This document shows positions 27,424-38,447 of a stretch of 64,000 nt of DNA, in pieces. Origin of the DNA: an uncultured Clostridia bacterium (GTDB lineage Bacteria; Bacillota; Clostridia; Christensenellales; UBA1242); the NCBI GenBank assembly GCA_944381175.1, contig CALWKD010000004.1, positions 4,326-68,325 on the forward strand. The letters are read 5' to 3'. A program made the position numbers and the translations under genes. The number at the start of each line of letters is the position of its first letter. Positions within the stretch are counted from its first letter, which is position 1. The notes under the pieces are model-generated. The model worked only from the letters and a program-made list of their open reading frames with translations. It was not told the DNA's origin and ran no database searches.

Positions 27424-29376
27424 ATGGCAGAAAAAAGATATGAGTCAAAAGATTTGGTTGTGCTTGATGGGCTTGACGCGGTCAGACTGCGTCCGGGGAT
27501 GTATATCGGCACGACAAGTTCGAGAGGTTTTCATCACATCTTGTGGGAGATTGTGGACAATGCTATTGACGAAATCTCAAATGGTTTCGGCGACACAATC
27601 ATCATCACCTTAAACGAAGATGGAAGTGCAACCGTTGAGGATAATGGCCGTGGTATTCCTGTTGACATTCATCCAACTCTTAAAAAAAGTGGTGTGGAAG
27701 TGGTTTACACGACTTTGCACGCTGGTGGAAAATTTAACAACGAAAACTACAAATTTTCTGGCGGACTTCACGGAGTTGGTGCATCCGTGACAAATGCACT
27801 CTCAAGGTGGTGCAAGGTCATTGTGAACAAAGGTGGCAAGCAGTATTTTATTGAGTTTCACTCATACGAAGATGAGAAGGGAAAAATTCACAGCGGAGTG
27901 CCAGTTACACCTTTAAAAGAGATCGGAAAAACTGACAAAACAGGCACAAAAGTGACATTTTTGCCAGATGACAGAGTTTTTGGAAAGCAGGAATTTGTTT
28001 ATGACACGATTATTAAGCGTGCAAGAGAACTCGCTTTCTTAAACAAAGGGCTTCGCATCACTGTCAACGATGAGCGAACAGGCGAGGAAAACCATTTTCA
28101 CTATGAGGGCGGAATAAAAGATTTTGTCTCTTACTTGGTTGAGGGAAAAAATTCGTTGTTTAAAAATCCGCTTTATATTTCTGCGGAGAGCAAGATTGTT
28201 GATTTGGAAGTCAGTTTTGTTTCTACAGACTCATACACCGAAAATACTTTCTCGTATGTCAACAATATCCCAACAACCGAGGGTGGAATGCACGAGATTG
28301 GCTTTAAAACCGCATTCACAAAAGTTTTCAATGATTATGCAAGAGCGAACAACTTTTTGAAAGATAAGGAACCAAACTTGCTTGGAGAAGATTTCAGAGA
28401 AGGGCTTGTCACAGTCATCAATGTCAAGATGAGCAATGTTCAATTTGAAGGTCAGACAAAAACAAAACTTGGAAACCCTGAGGCAAGGACTGAGGTTGAG
28501 GCACTTGCCACACAGGAACTTACAAAACTTCTTGCGGACAAGAAAAATGCCACTTATGCAGAGATAATCATTGACAAAGCAAAGCAGGCTGCAAAGGTTA
28601 GGCTTGCTGCGAAAAAGGCGAAAGAGTTTGCAAGGGCGAAAAACAGTGCAGAAAACTTCAATCTCGTTGGAAAACTCGCTTCTTGCACCTCAAGAGACAA
28701 GAGCAAATGCGAACTTTTCATCGTGGAAGGTGACTCTGCGGGCGGTTCTGCGAAACAGGGAAGAGACAGGCGTTTTCAAGCAATCTTGCCTCTCCGCGGA
28801 AAACCGCTTAATGCCGAGAAGAAGAGAGTGGACCAGGTGCTTGCAAATGAGGAGATAAGGACGATTATTTCCGCTCTTGACACGGGGTTTGGAGAAGATT
28901 TTGACCTCTCAACTCTCAGATACAACAAAATCATCATCCTCTCTGATGCGGATGTCGACGGTTTTCATATCAGGGCGATTCTTTGCACTTTCTTCTATCG
29001 TTATATGAGGCAACTCATCACCGAGGGGCATATTTTTGTGGGGTTGCCGCCACTTTACAAAGTGTATAAAAAAGATTATGAAAAATATGTCTATTCAGAT
29101 GCTGAACTTGCTGATGCGGTTACAAGTGCGGGAAAGGGCTATATGATTCAAAGATACAAAGGTCTTGGTGAAATGAATCCAGAACAACTTTGGGAGACCA
29201 CAATGGATCCTGCAAACAGAACTCTCATTCAGGTGACCATTGAGGATGCGGCAGAGGCTGAGAGGATGATCACCACCCTTATGGGTGACAACATCGACGA
29301 GAGAAAAGCGTATATAAATGAGCACGCAAACTTTGACCGTGTTGACACATTTATGAGAGACTATAAGAATATTTAA
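27424..29376 (+). CDS. DNA topoisomerase (ATP-hydrolysing) subunit B (GyrB/ParE family)
   Basis: 650 aa. GHKL ATPase (LRPGMYIGTT...EIVDNAIDE), Toprim EGDSAGGSAK, and PLRGKPLNAEK. I cannot distinguish GyrB from ParE by eye. Confidence 0.93.
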   Translation: MAEKRYESKDLVVLDGLDAVRLRPGMYIGTTSSRGFHHILWEIVDNAIDEISNGFGDTIIITLNEDGSATVEDNGRGIPVDIHPTLKKSGVEVVYTTLHAGGKFNNENYKFSGGLHGVGASVTNALSRWCKVIVNKGGKQYFIEFHSYEDEKGKIHSGVPVTPLKEIGKTDKTGTKVTFLPDDRVFGKQEFVYDTIIKRARELAFLNKGLRITVNDERTGEENHFHYEGGIKDFVSYLVEGKNSLFKNPLYISAESKIVDLEVSFVSTDSYTENTFSYVNNIPTTEGGMHEIGFKTAFTKVFNDYARANNFLKDKEPNLLGEDFREGLVTVINVKMSNVQFEGQTKTKLGNPEARTEVEALATQELTKLLADKKNATYAEIIIDKAKQAAKVRLAAKKAKEFARAKNSAENFNLVGKLASCTSRDKSKCELFIVEGDSAGGSAKQGRDRRFQAILPLRGKPLNAEKKRVDQVLANEEIRTIISALDTGFGEDFDLSTLRYNKIIILSDADVDGFHIRAILCTFFYRYMRQLITEGHIFVGLPPLYKVYKKDYEKYVYSDAELADAVTSAGKGYMIQRYKGLGEMNPEQLWETTMDPANRTLIQVTIEDAAEAERMITTLMGDNIDERKAYINEHANFDRVDTFMRDYKNI

Positions 29377-29385
29377 AAGGAAAAT

Positions 29386-32124
29386 TTGGGGGTTGTTGTG
29401 AGTAGCAAAAAGAAAAACGAAGACGAATTTAAACCAACAGTGATTGAGCCTATTGAGGGACAAATTTGTTATGACGAACTTCTCGTTCCGCAGAAAGAAG
29501 AAGAGAAGAAAGTTGACAACTTTGTGGCAGAAGGACAAATAGATTTTTGGAGCGTTGACCCAAGAAAAAGTGATGACGGAATCAAAAATTTAGTAAAAAA
29601 TGAAGAAATTTCTGCGAAATCTTCCCAAATTTCAACAAAAGAGGAAAGTGTTTCTTCTGACAGAACAGCAAAAAAAAATGAAAAGAATGACGGTGGCTCG
29701 GACGACGGGAACGATGACGGCAATGGAAACGGAAATGGCGGAAATTTTGGAAGCGACGGAATTGTTTTCAAGTCTCTTGAAGAGGTTTTGCACGATTCAA
29801 TGATTCCTTACACCGAGTCGGTCGTTATGGACAGAGCGCTCCCGAGAGTTGAGGATGGGCTCAAACCAGTCCAAAGAAGAATCTTGTATTCAATGCTTGA
29901 ACTTGGCTTGACTCCAGACAAACCATACAGAAAGTCGGCAAGAATTGTCGGAGATTGTATGGGTAAGTATCATCCACACGGCGACAGTTCTGTTTATGAC
30001 GCAATGGTGCGTATGTCTCAAGATTTCGTTTTGAGAGCACCTCTTATTGACGGACACGGAAACTTTGGTTCGGTTGATGGTGATGGGGCGGCAGCGATGC
30101 GTTACACCGAGGCGAGAATGACTCCTCTTGCAATGGAACTTTTGCGAGATTTGGAAAAGGACACTGTCCGTTGGGGCTTGAACTTTGACGACACCTTGAA
30201 AGAGCCAGAGGTTTTGCCAGGTAGATTTCCAAATTTGTTGGTCAACGGCGCTTCTGGAATCGCGGTTGGTGTGGCGACAAATATTCCGCCTCACAATCTT
30301 GGCGAGGTGATTGACGGGGTTGTTGCATATATTGACGACCCAAACATCACGCTTGACAAGATGATGAAAATTATCAAAGGTCCAGATTTTCCAACTGGTG
30401 GGGAACTCATCCTCGGAGACGGCATAAAAAGTGCGTATGCCACTGGAAAAGGGAAAATAACCATTCGTGCAAAGGTTGGCATTGAGCAAAATGGAGACAA
30501 GCAGAGTTTGGTTATCACCGAGATTCCTTATCAGGTCAACAAGGCACTTCTTCTTCAGAAAATTGCCGAACTCAAGGAGAAAAACAAGGATAAACTCTCT
30601 GTCATCAGCGAGATAAGAGATGAGAGTGACAGAAATGGTATGCGTGCTGTCATTCGTCTCAAAAAAGAGGCAAATGCAAAGAAGATTTTGGGTTATCTTT
30701 TCCAATCTACAAATCTTCAAACCTCTTACTCAATCAATATGGTTGCCATTGCTGGTGGGAAGCCGAAAGTTATGGGGCTTTTGGACATAATTTCATATTA
30801 CACTGCTTTCCAAAGAGATGTTGTGCTCAGAAGGACAAAATTTGATTTGAATGTTGCAAAAGAGCGTGCACACATAGTTGAAGGATTGCTCATTGCAATA
30901 AAAAATATTGATGCCGTTATCAAAATTATCAAAACATCTGCAAATGTTTCCGAGGCAAAGCAGAGACTTCGCGACAAATTTAAGTTGTCGGAAAAACAGG
31001 CCCAGGCGATTCTTGATATGAGGCTTGCCCGTCTTGTAAATTTGGAAGTCAACAAACTTGAGCAAGAACTTGCAGAACTTAAAAATCGTATCAAAGAATT
31101 GGAAGCGATTGTAGGTTCCAAAAAACTCCAACTTGATGTGGTTAAGAAAGAAATTTTGGAGATTAAACGAAAATTTGCAAATCCAAGAAGGTCAAAAGAA
31201 ATCAAGAGTGACGAGATTGTGCTTTCCAAGATTGAGGATGTGGAAGATACAAAAGATTATTTGGTTTGCTTGACTGCAGGAAAGACCCTCAAGAAAGTCT
31301 CAATGAAGAATTATTCAAAATCACAAAAGGTTATTTCCGAAAACTCAACTCTCTTTGATATTCACACTTTCACGCTCCAAGTTAAATCAACAGACACCGT
31401 CTTGATTTTCACGGACAAGGGAAATTGCTTGAAAGTTCCTGTTGATAAATTGGCGGAGTGCAAGTGGAGAGATAAGGGTGTTCCGCTCAAACAAATCGAC
31501 AAAACGGTGGATATTTTGGAAACGCCAGTTTCAGTTTTGAAAGTTGAGGGCGACGGAGAGATTGCTTTCTTCACGCAAAACGGGATGATCAAACGCACCA
31601 GCGAAAAGGATATGGTGGTTTCAAAGACATATTATCAGGCGATCAAACTCTCTGATGACGACAAACTCATAAATGTTGAGCACGAGTTGAAAGGTAAGTC
31701 GTTTGTAATTTTGTCAAAACTTGGAAATTGTGTGAACTTTGAAAAGAGTGAGGTTGCAGTTCAAGGCAGAGTTGCTGGTGGTGTCAAGGGTATAAATCTT
31801 GACGACAAGGACCAAGTTGTGTATGCGGGACAAAGCGTAAATGGAGAATATTTGATTGTTACAAACAATGGTTTCATCAAACGACTCAATGCTCTTCAAA
31901 TTCCAATGTGCGCAAGATACAGAAAGGGTGTGAAATACACAAACTTTGACAAAGGTGGGAAAAATGTTGCTTTTGTAGGCACTGGAGATAAACTTGTTGT
32001 CGACCACGGCTTGAAATTTACGCTTATTGAGAAAAAATCTTTGAAAGTCTCAAATGACAGATTGAGCGTGGGAGAGGAAATTGTCAAGAAGAAATTCTTG
32101 GGAGTTTATAATTACATTGATTAG
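29386..32124 (+). CDS. DNA topoisomerase (ATP-hydrolysing) subunit A (GyrA/ParC family) with about 125-aa low-complexity N-terminal extension
   Basis: The conserved core starts near [22 protein letters not shown]. Active-site region [10 protein letters not shown]. No QRRGGKG GyrA box is visible in the C-terminal domain. The start is non-ATG (TTG 29386 or GTG 29398). Confidence 0.88.
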   Translation: MGVVVSSKKKNEDEFKPTVIEPIEGQICYDELLVPQKEEEKKVDNFVAEGQIDFWSVDPRKSDDGIKNLVKNEEISAKSSQISTKEESVSSDRTAKKNEKNDGGSDDGNDDGNGNGNGGNFGSDGIVFKSLEEVLHDSMIPYTESVVMDRALPRVEDGLKPVQRRILYSMLELGLTPDKPYRKSARIVGDCMGKYHPHGDSSVYDAMVRMSQDFVLRAPLIDGHGNFGSVDGDGAAAMRYTEARMTPLAMELLRDLEKDTVRWGLNFDDTLKEPEVLPGRFPNLLVNGASGIAVGVATNIPPHNLGEVIDGVVAYIDDPNITLDKMMKIIKGPDFPTGGELILGDGIKSAYATGKGKITIRAKVGIEQNGDKQSLVITEIPYQVNKALLLQKIAELKEKNKDKLSVISEIRDESDRNGMRAVIRLKKEANAKKILGYLFQSTNLQTSYSINMVAIAGGKPKVMGLLDIISYYTAFQRDVVLRRTKFDLNVAKERAHIVEGLLIAIKNIDAVIKIIKTSANVSEAKQRLRDKFKLSEKQAQAILDMRLARLVNLEVNKLEQELAELKNRIKELEAIVGSKKLQLDVVKKEILEIKRKFANPRRSKEIKSDEIVLSKIEDVEDTKDYLVCLTAGKTLKKVSMKNYSKSQKVISENSTLFDIHTFTLQVKSTDTVLIFTDKGNCLKVPVDKLAECKWRDKGVPLKQIDKTVDILETPVSVLKVEGDGEIAFFTQNGMIKRTSEKDMVVSKTYYQAIKLSDDDKLINVEHELKGKSFVILSKLGNCVNFEKSEVAVQGRVAGGVKGINLDDKDQVVYAGQSVNGEYLIVTNNGFIKRLNALQIPMCARYRKGVKYTNFDKGGKNVAFVGTGDKLVVDHGLKFTLIEKKSLKVSNDRLSVGEEIVKKKFLGVYNYID

Positions 32125-32264
32125 GTTTTGATTTGGTAGATAGGAAATTCTTAAAACAAAAAACATTGAAAATTGCGTAAAAATGTAAAAAAATATGCGA
32201 AATTAAACCTTTTCAATAAGTTTAAAATATAATGAAAATTTAACAAAATCAATTAAAAATTGCG

Positions 32265-32292
32265 AAAAAGAGATGTTTTTATCTCTTTTTTG
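32265..32292 (+). terminator. intrinsic terminator after the topoisomerase operon
   Basis: aaaagagat-gttttt-atctctttt followed by ttgtgc. Confidence 0.65.
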
Positions 32293-32508
32293 TGCTTTTT
32301 AGCAGTTTTTTATGTGGTTTTTATGAAAAAGTAAAATTTTTAATATTTTTTTAATTTTGTGTAAATTTTTAAACTCTTGAATAAAAAATTGTTTAAAAAT
32401 TAAATTTGCGCAAAAGATGCAATTTTAGATGTTTTTTAGATTGTAATTTGAATTAGAGAGTAGAAGAAAAAAATATTTAAAATTTGAGAAGAAATTTGTT
32501 AAATTATT

Positions 32509-32536
32509 TTGATTTTTGACGAATTATGTATATAAT
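32509..32536 (+). promoter_or_regulatory. candidate promoter abutting the start codon of the giant GLUG-motif gene
   Basis: TTGATT (32509-32514), 16 nt, TATAAT (32531-32536). ATG at 32543 is only 6 nt downstream, with no SD. Confidence 0.4.
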
Positions 32537-32542
32537 ATTTCT

Positions 32543-35500
32543 ATGAAAAGAAAATTCCTCTTGATTTTCGTTTCGATGTTTCTTGTCTTCAGTTTTGTTG
32601 GTGGAGCAATTTGTCTAAACGCCGACACTCTTTTTTCGGCATCAACAGAGGCAGTTGAAACAGCAGAAGAGGAAGAAGACGCTCCAACGCAAGTGCAGGC
32701 AAGTGGATATTGGACAAGTACTTGGACTGGCAATAATAAAAAACAATTGACCTATACTGGCTCAGGGAAGAATATTGTTGTTCACATATATAATGTTGTT
32801 GATCTTGTTGATTTTATGTGTCAGGTTAATGACCTTAATACGAATTATTGGCTCGGAGGAGTTGGAACTGGAGTTTTGACGCGGGAAGCGGATGTTGTCT
32901 TGGAGAATGATATTGATTTGTCTGCACGCTATTGGACACCAATTGGTCATGGTGCTAGACAATTTACAGGAGACTTCGATGGAAATGGACATACGATTTC
33001 TGGAATTTATATTGATATTGAGAGGATCTTTACCTTTGAATTTGGTTCGTCGGGAAATTTGCGTTATGATTCTGCAAACATTAGATATAATGGCGTGTAT
33101 GGTGTTGGATTTTTCGGAGTTTATGGCGGGACAAGTATAAAAGATTTGGTCATTCAAGATGGACAGGTGTTTTTGGCATATTCTGCACTTCTTCTTGTGG
33201 GGACTTACACAAAGTTTAGGGCAGGAGCACTGGTTGGAATTTGCACCAATACTGTGGAATTTTACAATGTAATAAATTATAAGGTGGATATTGAATATGA
33301 CTACGTCAGTGGTGCATATTGGTTTTTTGATACAACTATGGGTGGACTTGTTGGAAGTGCAGAGTCTAAAATAACATTTGACACTTGCAGTAACTATGGA
33401 GATTTGTATGGAGATAACCTTGCACGAATTTCCGCTGGCGGACTCTTGGGTGTGGCTGAAGCAAATGCTGACATTGACTTTTGTGCAAATTTTGGAGAAG
33501 TCCACGGCTATATTAGTTGGCTCGCAGATGGTGTTGGCTTTGGCGGACTTGTCGGTGCGATCAATGGAAATGGTGGAAACACTTTGATACAAGACTGCGT
33601 AAATTACGGCGATGTTAACATAGTGCCTCAGAGAGGACTCGCAAGTCGTTGTGTCGGCGGAATTATTGGAAGTGGAATCAATAATATTGCTATAAATCGT
33701 TGTATAAATTATGGAGATATTTATGGGAAAGATAATGTCGGTGGAATTGCTGGGAAATTAGGCTCTCCAAAAGAAACTTCTTCTTTCTTGTGGTGGTCTT
33801 GGACAAGCAAAGAGGCACAGGAAAATGTTTTTATTGGAAACTGTGTTAATTATGGGGACATAAATGGTTCAAGCAATTTGGGAACATATGCGGGAGAATT
33901 AAATGGACAAGGGAATGCGTCAAACAACCATGCTTTAAGTGGAGCCGCAAATTCTGACATTGCCATTGGTAGTTGGTACAACAAAGGAGATAGTGGATAC
34001 GCGGGCACAAAGTATAACTCTTCCACCATCTGTAAGGCTTCATTTTTTACGAACTCCAGTAGCAGTACTAATTTTAATGGCTCGGCAGTCGGATATCGAT
34101 TGTGGGGTTGGGATTTATGTAGTGTTGAAATCAATTCGGGTGGAGTTGGATTCACTTGGAGTGTCACGACTATTGTGGTTGATTTGGGGATAGTAAGTGC
34201 TCCAAACAGCACATATCCTTACACAATGTTGCCATCTTATTTGTTGGGAGAGATAAACTTTAGTCCAAAATATAGGAAGAACGGCTCAACAAATTATGAT
34301 TTTGAAGCAAATGATGATTCAATCAAATTCTACACAAATATGATAAGCTCAAGCAATTACAAAGTGTCGAGCGTCAATATTTGGAGCGAAGATTATGTTA
34401 CCTGGGGTTATAGTACATTTTATTACTTAAAAGGCTTTTCTTATAATACTTATGGACTTGAAGCATTGAAAATAATTTATGACGCATCTCAATTTAAGGC
34501 TTCAAGCATTTCAATTAACTATTCAATAAATAAAAACCCAACTTGGAAGTATACCGACTCAAGCACTTCTTCAAAAAACAGGACAAACTATGTTTGTTTC
34601 AACCCAGGGCTGTCGTCCAGTTCGTCTTTTACATTCATTTTCCAAAGCCAAGCAAAATCTTTGAGTGTAACATACAAATTGGGAGAGTATATAGATGGCG
34701 ATGGGAGAGTTGATTCAAGATATAATTTTAAATCAATTTTGGATACGACTTTGACAAGGACCACTTATTCAGATTCTTATTTGACCATTTCTGGCCAAAA
34801 AACAACTTACTATTACAAGGATGAAGTGGAAGATATTATGATCGCTCCAAATTTTGGCTATGCGGTGCTTTACTCCTTGTATGCAGAAAACAATTATTTA
34901 TACACAAAAGACGGAAGTGACAGATATATCGAATCTTTGAATCCAAACACGGAATTCGAGCCAGATATAACTTATAAAGGTTCAATTGTGGATGAAATCA
35001 AGCCAAGTTCTTTTGTCAATGAAACTATGTCCTTTGATTTCCAATATGATTATGAATTGGTGATTTATCTTGTGCCTGTTTGGTACGACATAAATGTGTT
35101 GGGTGTTGGGGATGGAGTGCCAGAAAACAAACCAAATCAATACAAAATCAACTCTTATGCTTTCTTGGATGGATCAAGAGGAAGTGGAACATCAAATATT
35201 GAGAAAGCGGCAACATTTTATAGGGAAGAGAGAGGAAGTTTAAATGAAGATGGGCTTCTTGAAATGACATTTAGATTTGCGAACTATTTTGACTATGGAT
35301 ACAGATACAAGATTTATGCTTCCACAGATGCAAATGAATATGAAACTTCCTATGCAGGCGGAACGGTCACGCTTTATGAGCCGTCGGACACCACAGAGCA
35401 GTTGAACACCAATCAAGAATTGAGATTTGGAATGCTTGATTTGGTGAGGACAGCATTTTTGAATGGTGGCGTTAAGTCGGATGTGATTTATGTCCGTATC

Positions 35501-37420
35501 GAAAGAGAAGCGATTGAGTATGATGTGGAATTTGTGAATATGGTGGACAGTTACACAAACCCAGGTCTGTTTGTTGACAGGACATCTCAAGGCATTGGTG
35601 GAAGTTCATCTATGACGCTTAATAATGGTGACGATGAGGACACGAAAACGACTTTCAATGTTTTGGATGAGATTGGGTTCGCTTTAACTCCAAATTATGG
35701 TTACAAAATGGTTGGCTCAAGTTTCTACGAACGTCCGAATTTTGGTGAGTCCAGTGGCGAGAATGTTGCTCCAGGAGAAACATTTTCAACACTTCTGTTA
35801 AATTATATTATCAATATATGTGACTACAATGTCAATGCGTATGAATTAAGAGATAACAAAATCGCAATCTATGCTTATTATAAACTGATGACCTATACAA
35901 TTCACGTCAGGGAAGAAAGTACTGAGCAAGTTTTGTCGGCGGGTGACTGTGACGCTCCTCCAGATTTTGAACTAATTTCAGAAAACAGTAGGGAGAAAAC
36001 GAGCACGATGGGAGGCAAATCTTATGTTGTTTATTTCTATGCCCCTGTCACTGTGAGATGTGCGGAAGAAGATTTTGATGGATCTATTTACAAGAAATTT
36101 TCTGGTTGGTTTGGTGCATCAGGAAGTACTTCGGGCAGTAAAGACAAATATAGTGAGTATAACTTGCTTACTCCATCTCAAACAGAATATACCTTTTTCT
36201 TGGACCCGAACAAAATTTTTGACGCAGAAAATAGAAGCTTTGTTGGTACTGTGTTTTACTACGGCGAATATGGTCAATATAAATATATTTTGGATGAAAT
36301 CTCCGTTTCATTGTCTCTTGTTTCAATATATTCTTATTATGAGATTGACGAAAGTCCACTGAAAGAGGTGAGTCCAAATGTCATTGAGATCTCAACCGCG
36401 CAAGACCTGATTAAACTTTCCACAAGTGTGCTTAAGGGAAACTCTTTTGAGGGATATGTCATAAAGCAAACCGCGGATATTGATATGCAGGCAGGCTTTG
36501 AGGTACAAGACGGCGGAGCAAGTGCAAGATACCTTCTGCCTATCGGAACAAATGATAGTCCATTTAAAGGGGTTTATGACGGGCAAAATCATATAATAAG
36601 TAATATTAAATTCAATGCTGTCGATGGTGCTTACAGTTTTGACATAGGGATGTTTGGATACACCAATGGGGCGACAATTAAAAATTTGATAATTAAAGAT
36701 ACATATTTATCTGCATTCAGTTCTTCAGGTGTCTTTATTGCCAGAGCATACAACACTCAAATGTATAATTTGCAAAATTATGATAGCGAAGTTAATATAG
36801 GGAGTCGTTTCAGAATTAAAGATATTTATAACATTACGTACTCACCTACACTAACCACTTTGGGCATGGGTTTAATATACTATAGGGAATCCGATGGGGA
36901 AATCACAGAATTGGCTAATGCTGGTGTGACTGAAATTTATACAGAAGTGGCAAGAGAAATAGTATATACCCGCTATGGCAATGTTGGACTCTTTCTTTAC
37001 AGATGTTATGTAGGAGGGCTAGTTGGTTATATGAGTGAAAACAGTGTTATGTTTGGCTGTTCAAATAGAGCAAGTAGAACTATCAATGCAAATTCATTAT
37101 ATTTATATGATGTTGCTCTTTTAGGTAGTCTTGTTGGAAGTATTGAAGATGGCTCAAGGATGGAGCAATGTTTGGTTGAGGAAACCAGTTACTTAGAAGA
37201 CTTTATGTCAATTGTAGGAAACACAAGATATGATGATGTCAGCATTTCAAATTGTTACTTCAGAAACAAAAATGAAACCTATTACTTGATTGATACACTA
37301 AGTTCAATTGAATTGGATGACTTCACAGGACAAGCATTCGGGAATTATGGTTTAGATAAAGACATCTGGTTTGAGTTGCCGAATGGGTATTGGACGCTTA
37401 GGGTGTTCTATTGGACTTGA
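32543..37420 (+). CDS. giant secreted/surface protein with GLUG-motif repeat regions
   Basis: I place the start at MKRKFLLIFVSMFLVFSFVGGAICLNA (signal peptide). Many G-G-[LI]-[VLI]-G type repeats (GGLVGS, GGLLGV, VGGIIGS, VGGIAGK) occur near the N-terminus and again near the C-terminus. No LPXTG motif. Confidence 0.8.
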   Translation: MKRKFLLIFVSMFLVFSFVGGAICLNADTLFSASTEAVETAEEEEDAPTQVQASGYWTSTWTGNNKKQLTYTGSGKNIVVHIYNVVDLVDFMCQVNDLNTNYWLGGVGTGVLTREADVVLENDIDLSARYWTPIGHGARQFTGDFDGNGHTISGIYIDIERIFTFEFGSSGNLRYDSANIRYNGVYGVGFFGVYGGTSIKDLVIQDGQVFLAYSALLLVGTYTKFRAGALVGICTNTVEFYNVINYKVDIEYDYVSGAYWFFDTTMGGLVGSAESKITFDTCSNYGDLYGDNLARISAGGLLGVAEANADIDFCANFGEVHGYISWLADGVGFGGLVGAINGNGGNTLIQDCVNYGDVNIVPQRGLASRCVGGIIGSGINNIAINRCINYGDIYGKDNVGGIAGKLGSPKETSSFLWWSWTSKEAQENVFIGNCVNYGDINGSSNLGTYAGELNGQGNASNNHALSGAANSDIAIGSWYNKGDSGYAGTKYNSSTICKASFFTNSSSSTNFNGSAVGYRLWGWDLCSVEINSGGVGFTWSVTTIVVDLGIVSAPNSTYPYTMLPSYLLGEINFSPKYRKNGSTNYDFEANDDSIKFYTNMISSSNYKVSSVNIWSEDYVTWGYSTFYYLKGFSYNTYGLEALKIIYDASQFKASSISINYSINKNPTWKYTDSSTSSKNRTNYVCFNPGLSSSSSFTFIFQSQAKSLSVTYKLGEYIDGDGRVDSRYNFKSILDTTLTRTTYSDSYLTISGQKTTYYYKDEVEDIMIAPNFGYAVLYSLYAENNYLYTKDGSDRYIESLNPNTEFEPDITYKGSIVDEIKPSSFVNETMSFDFQYDYELVIYLVPVWYDINVLGVGDGVPENKPNQYKINSYAFLDGSRGSGTSNIEKAATFYREERGSLNEDGLLEMTFRFANYFDYGYRYKIYASTDANEYETSYAGGTVTLYEPSDTTEQLNTNQELRFGMLDLVRTAFLNGGVKSDVIYVRIEREAIEYDVEFVNMVDSYTNPGLFVDRTSQGIGGSSSMTLNNGDDEDTKTTFNVLDEIGFALTPNYGYKMVGSSFYERPNFGESSGENVAPGETFSTLLLNYIINICDYNVNAYELRDNKIAIYAYYKLMTYTIHVREESTEQVLSAGDCDAPPDFELISENSREKTSTMGGKSYVVYFYAPVTVRCAEEDFDGSIYKKFSGWFGASGSTSGSKDKYSEYNLLTPSQTEYTFFLDPNKIFDAENRSFVGTVFYYGEYGQYKYILDEISVSLSLVSIYSYYEIDESPLKEVSPNVIEISTAQDLIKLSTSVLKGNSFEGYVIKQTADIDMQAGFEVQDGGASARYLLPIGTNDSPFKGVYDGQNHIISNIKFNAVDGAYSFDIGMFGYTNGATIKNLIIKDTYLSAFSSSGVFIARAYNTQMYNLQNYDSEVNIGSRFRIKDIYNITYSPTLTTLGMGLIYYRESDGEITELANAGVTEIYTEVAREIVYTRYGNVGLFLYRCYVGGLVGYMSENSVMFGCSNRASRTINANSLYLYDVALLGSLVGSIEDGSRMEQCLVEETSYLEDFMSIVGNTRYDDVSISNCYFRNKNETYYLIDTLSSIELDDFTGQAFGNYGLDKDIWFELPNGYWTLRVFYWT

Positions 37421-37477
37421 TGATTTTGTGCAGATAGAAACTTTTATGTCCAAAAGCAAAGAGCGAAAAAAATTAAG

Positions 37478-37516
37478 AAATATTCAGTTTGATTTTTCAG
37501 ACTGAATATTTTTTTG
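37478..37516 (+). terminator. intrinsic terminator after the giant gene
   Basis: aaatattcagt-ttgatttttcag-actgaatattt followed by a T-run. Confidence 0.75.
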
Positions 37517-37673
37517 TTCTAAATTTTTTCTAATGGAAATATTTTATTCTATCAAAAGCGAATTTTGGGCGGTGTCTTTGCTTTCGACAATTTTGGACAA
37601 TATAAGAGTTTATTGGTCAAAAATGGCATTGGCTCAAAAGGGGCGTTATTCTAAAATAAAAAGCGAGGTTGGT

Positions 37674-38438
37674 ATGCATTTCTGCGTTATCAAATCAAAA
37701 ACAATCAAGATTTTTGTGGCTATGGTTTTGGTGATGATTTTGCTTGCGGTGTCTTTCAATGGGTCGTCTTCGGCACAGGTCTTCTTTGGTTATTCCACAA
37801 GAAAAGTCCCGATTTACAATGTTGAGACGGAGGAGAAGCAGGTTGCAATTTCATTTGACGCCGCTTGGGGTGCGGACAAAACTCAGGGCATTCTCGACAT
37901 TTTGAAGGAGTTTGATGTGAACGCAACTTTCTTTCTTGTGGGGTTCTGGGTGGACGATTATCCAGAAATGGTTAAGGCGATTGACGAGGCGGGTTGTGAA
38001 ATAGGGACACACTCAAACACTCATCCTGATATGGTTAAACTCTCCAAATCAACGATGAAAAGCGAACTCGAAACCTCAATCTCGAAAATTAAAGAGGTCA
38101 CAGGCAAAGATGTCAAACTCTTCCGTGCTCCGTATGGCTCTTACAACAACACTTTGCTTGAGACTGTGGACGAGTTGGGGCTCAAGACAATTCAGTGGGA
38201 TGTGGACAGTTTAGATTGGAAAGGGTTGTCGGCTTCAGAGATTTGTTCTCGCATCACTTCAAGAGTGAAAAACGGCTCAATCATCTTGATGCACAACAAT
38301 TCAGACAACATTCTTGAGGGTTTGAGGTTGACCTTGAACAGATTGAAGGTTGCTGGATACAAAATCACCTGCATTTCCGATTTGGTTTATGAAAGCGATT
38401 ACACGATAGACAGAAATGGTATACAACACAAAAATTAG
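37674..38438 (+). CDS. polysaccharide deacetylase (NodB domain; PdaB-like)
   Basis: Start at MHFCVIKSK after gaggttgg. One TM segment, then VAISFDAAWGADKT...NATFFLVGFWV...GTHSNTHPD. Confidence 0.85.
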   Translation: MHFCVIKSKTIKIFVAMVLVMILLAVSFNGSSSAQVFFGYSTRKVPIYNVETEEKQVAISFDAAWGADKTQGILDILKEFDVNATFFLVGFWVDDYPEMVKAIDEAGCEIGTHSNTHPDMVKLSKSTMKSELETSISKIKEVTGKDVKLFRAPYGSYNNTLLETVDELGLKTIQWDVDSLDWKGLSASEICSRITSRVKNGSIILMHNNSDNILEGLRLTLNRLKVAGYKITCISDLVYESDYTIDRNGIQHKN

Positions 38439-38447
38439 GAGGAATTT

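Noticed and set aside
29672-29680. A9 homopolymer inside the topoisomerase N-terminal extension as a possible slipped-strand phase-variation switch
   Set aside because: It is a single moderate-length tract in an essential-gene operon. A/T runs of this size are common throughout the window. There is no supporting evidence.
29890-30720. 276-aa minus-strand ORF inside the topoisomerase A gene, and the similar 276-aa ORF at 32762-33592 inside the GLUG gene
   Set aside because: They are antisense shadows of long, conserved or repeat-rich genes, with implausible composition and no translation signals.
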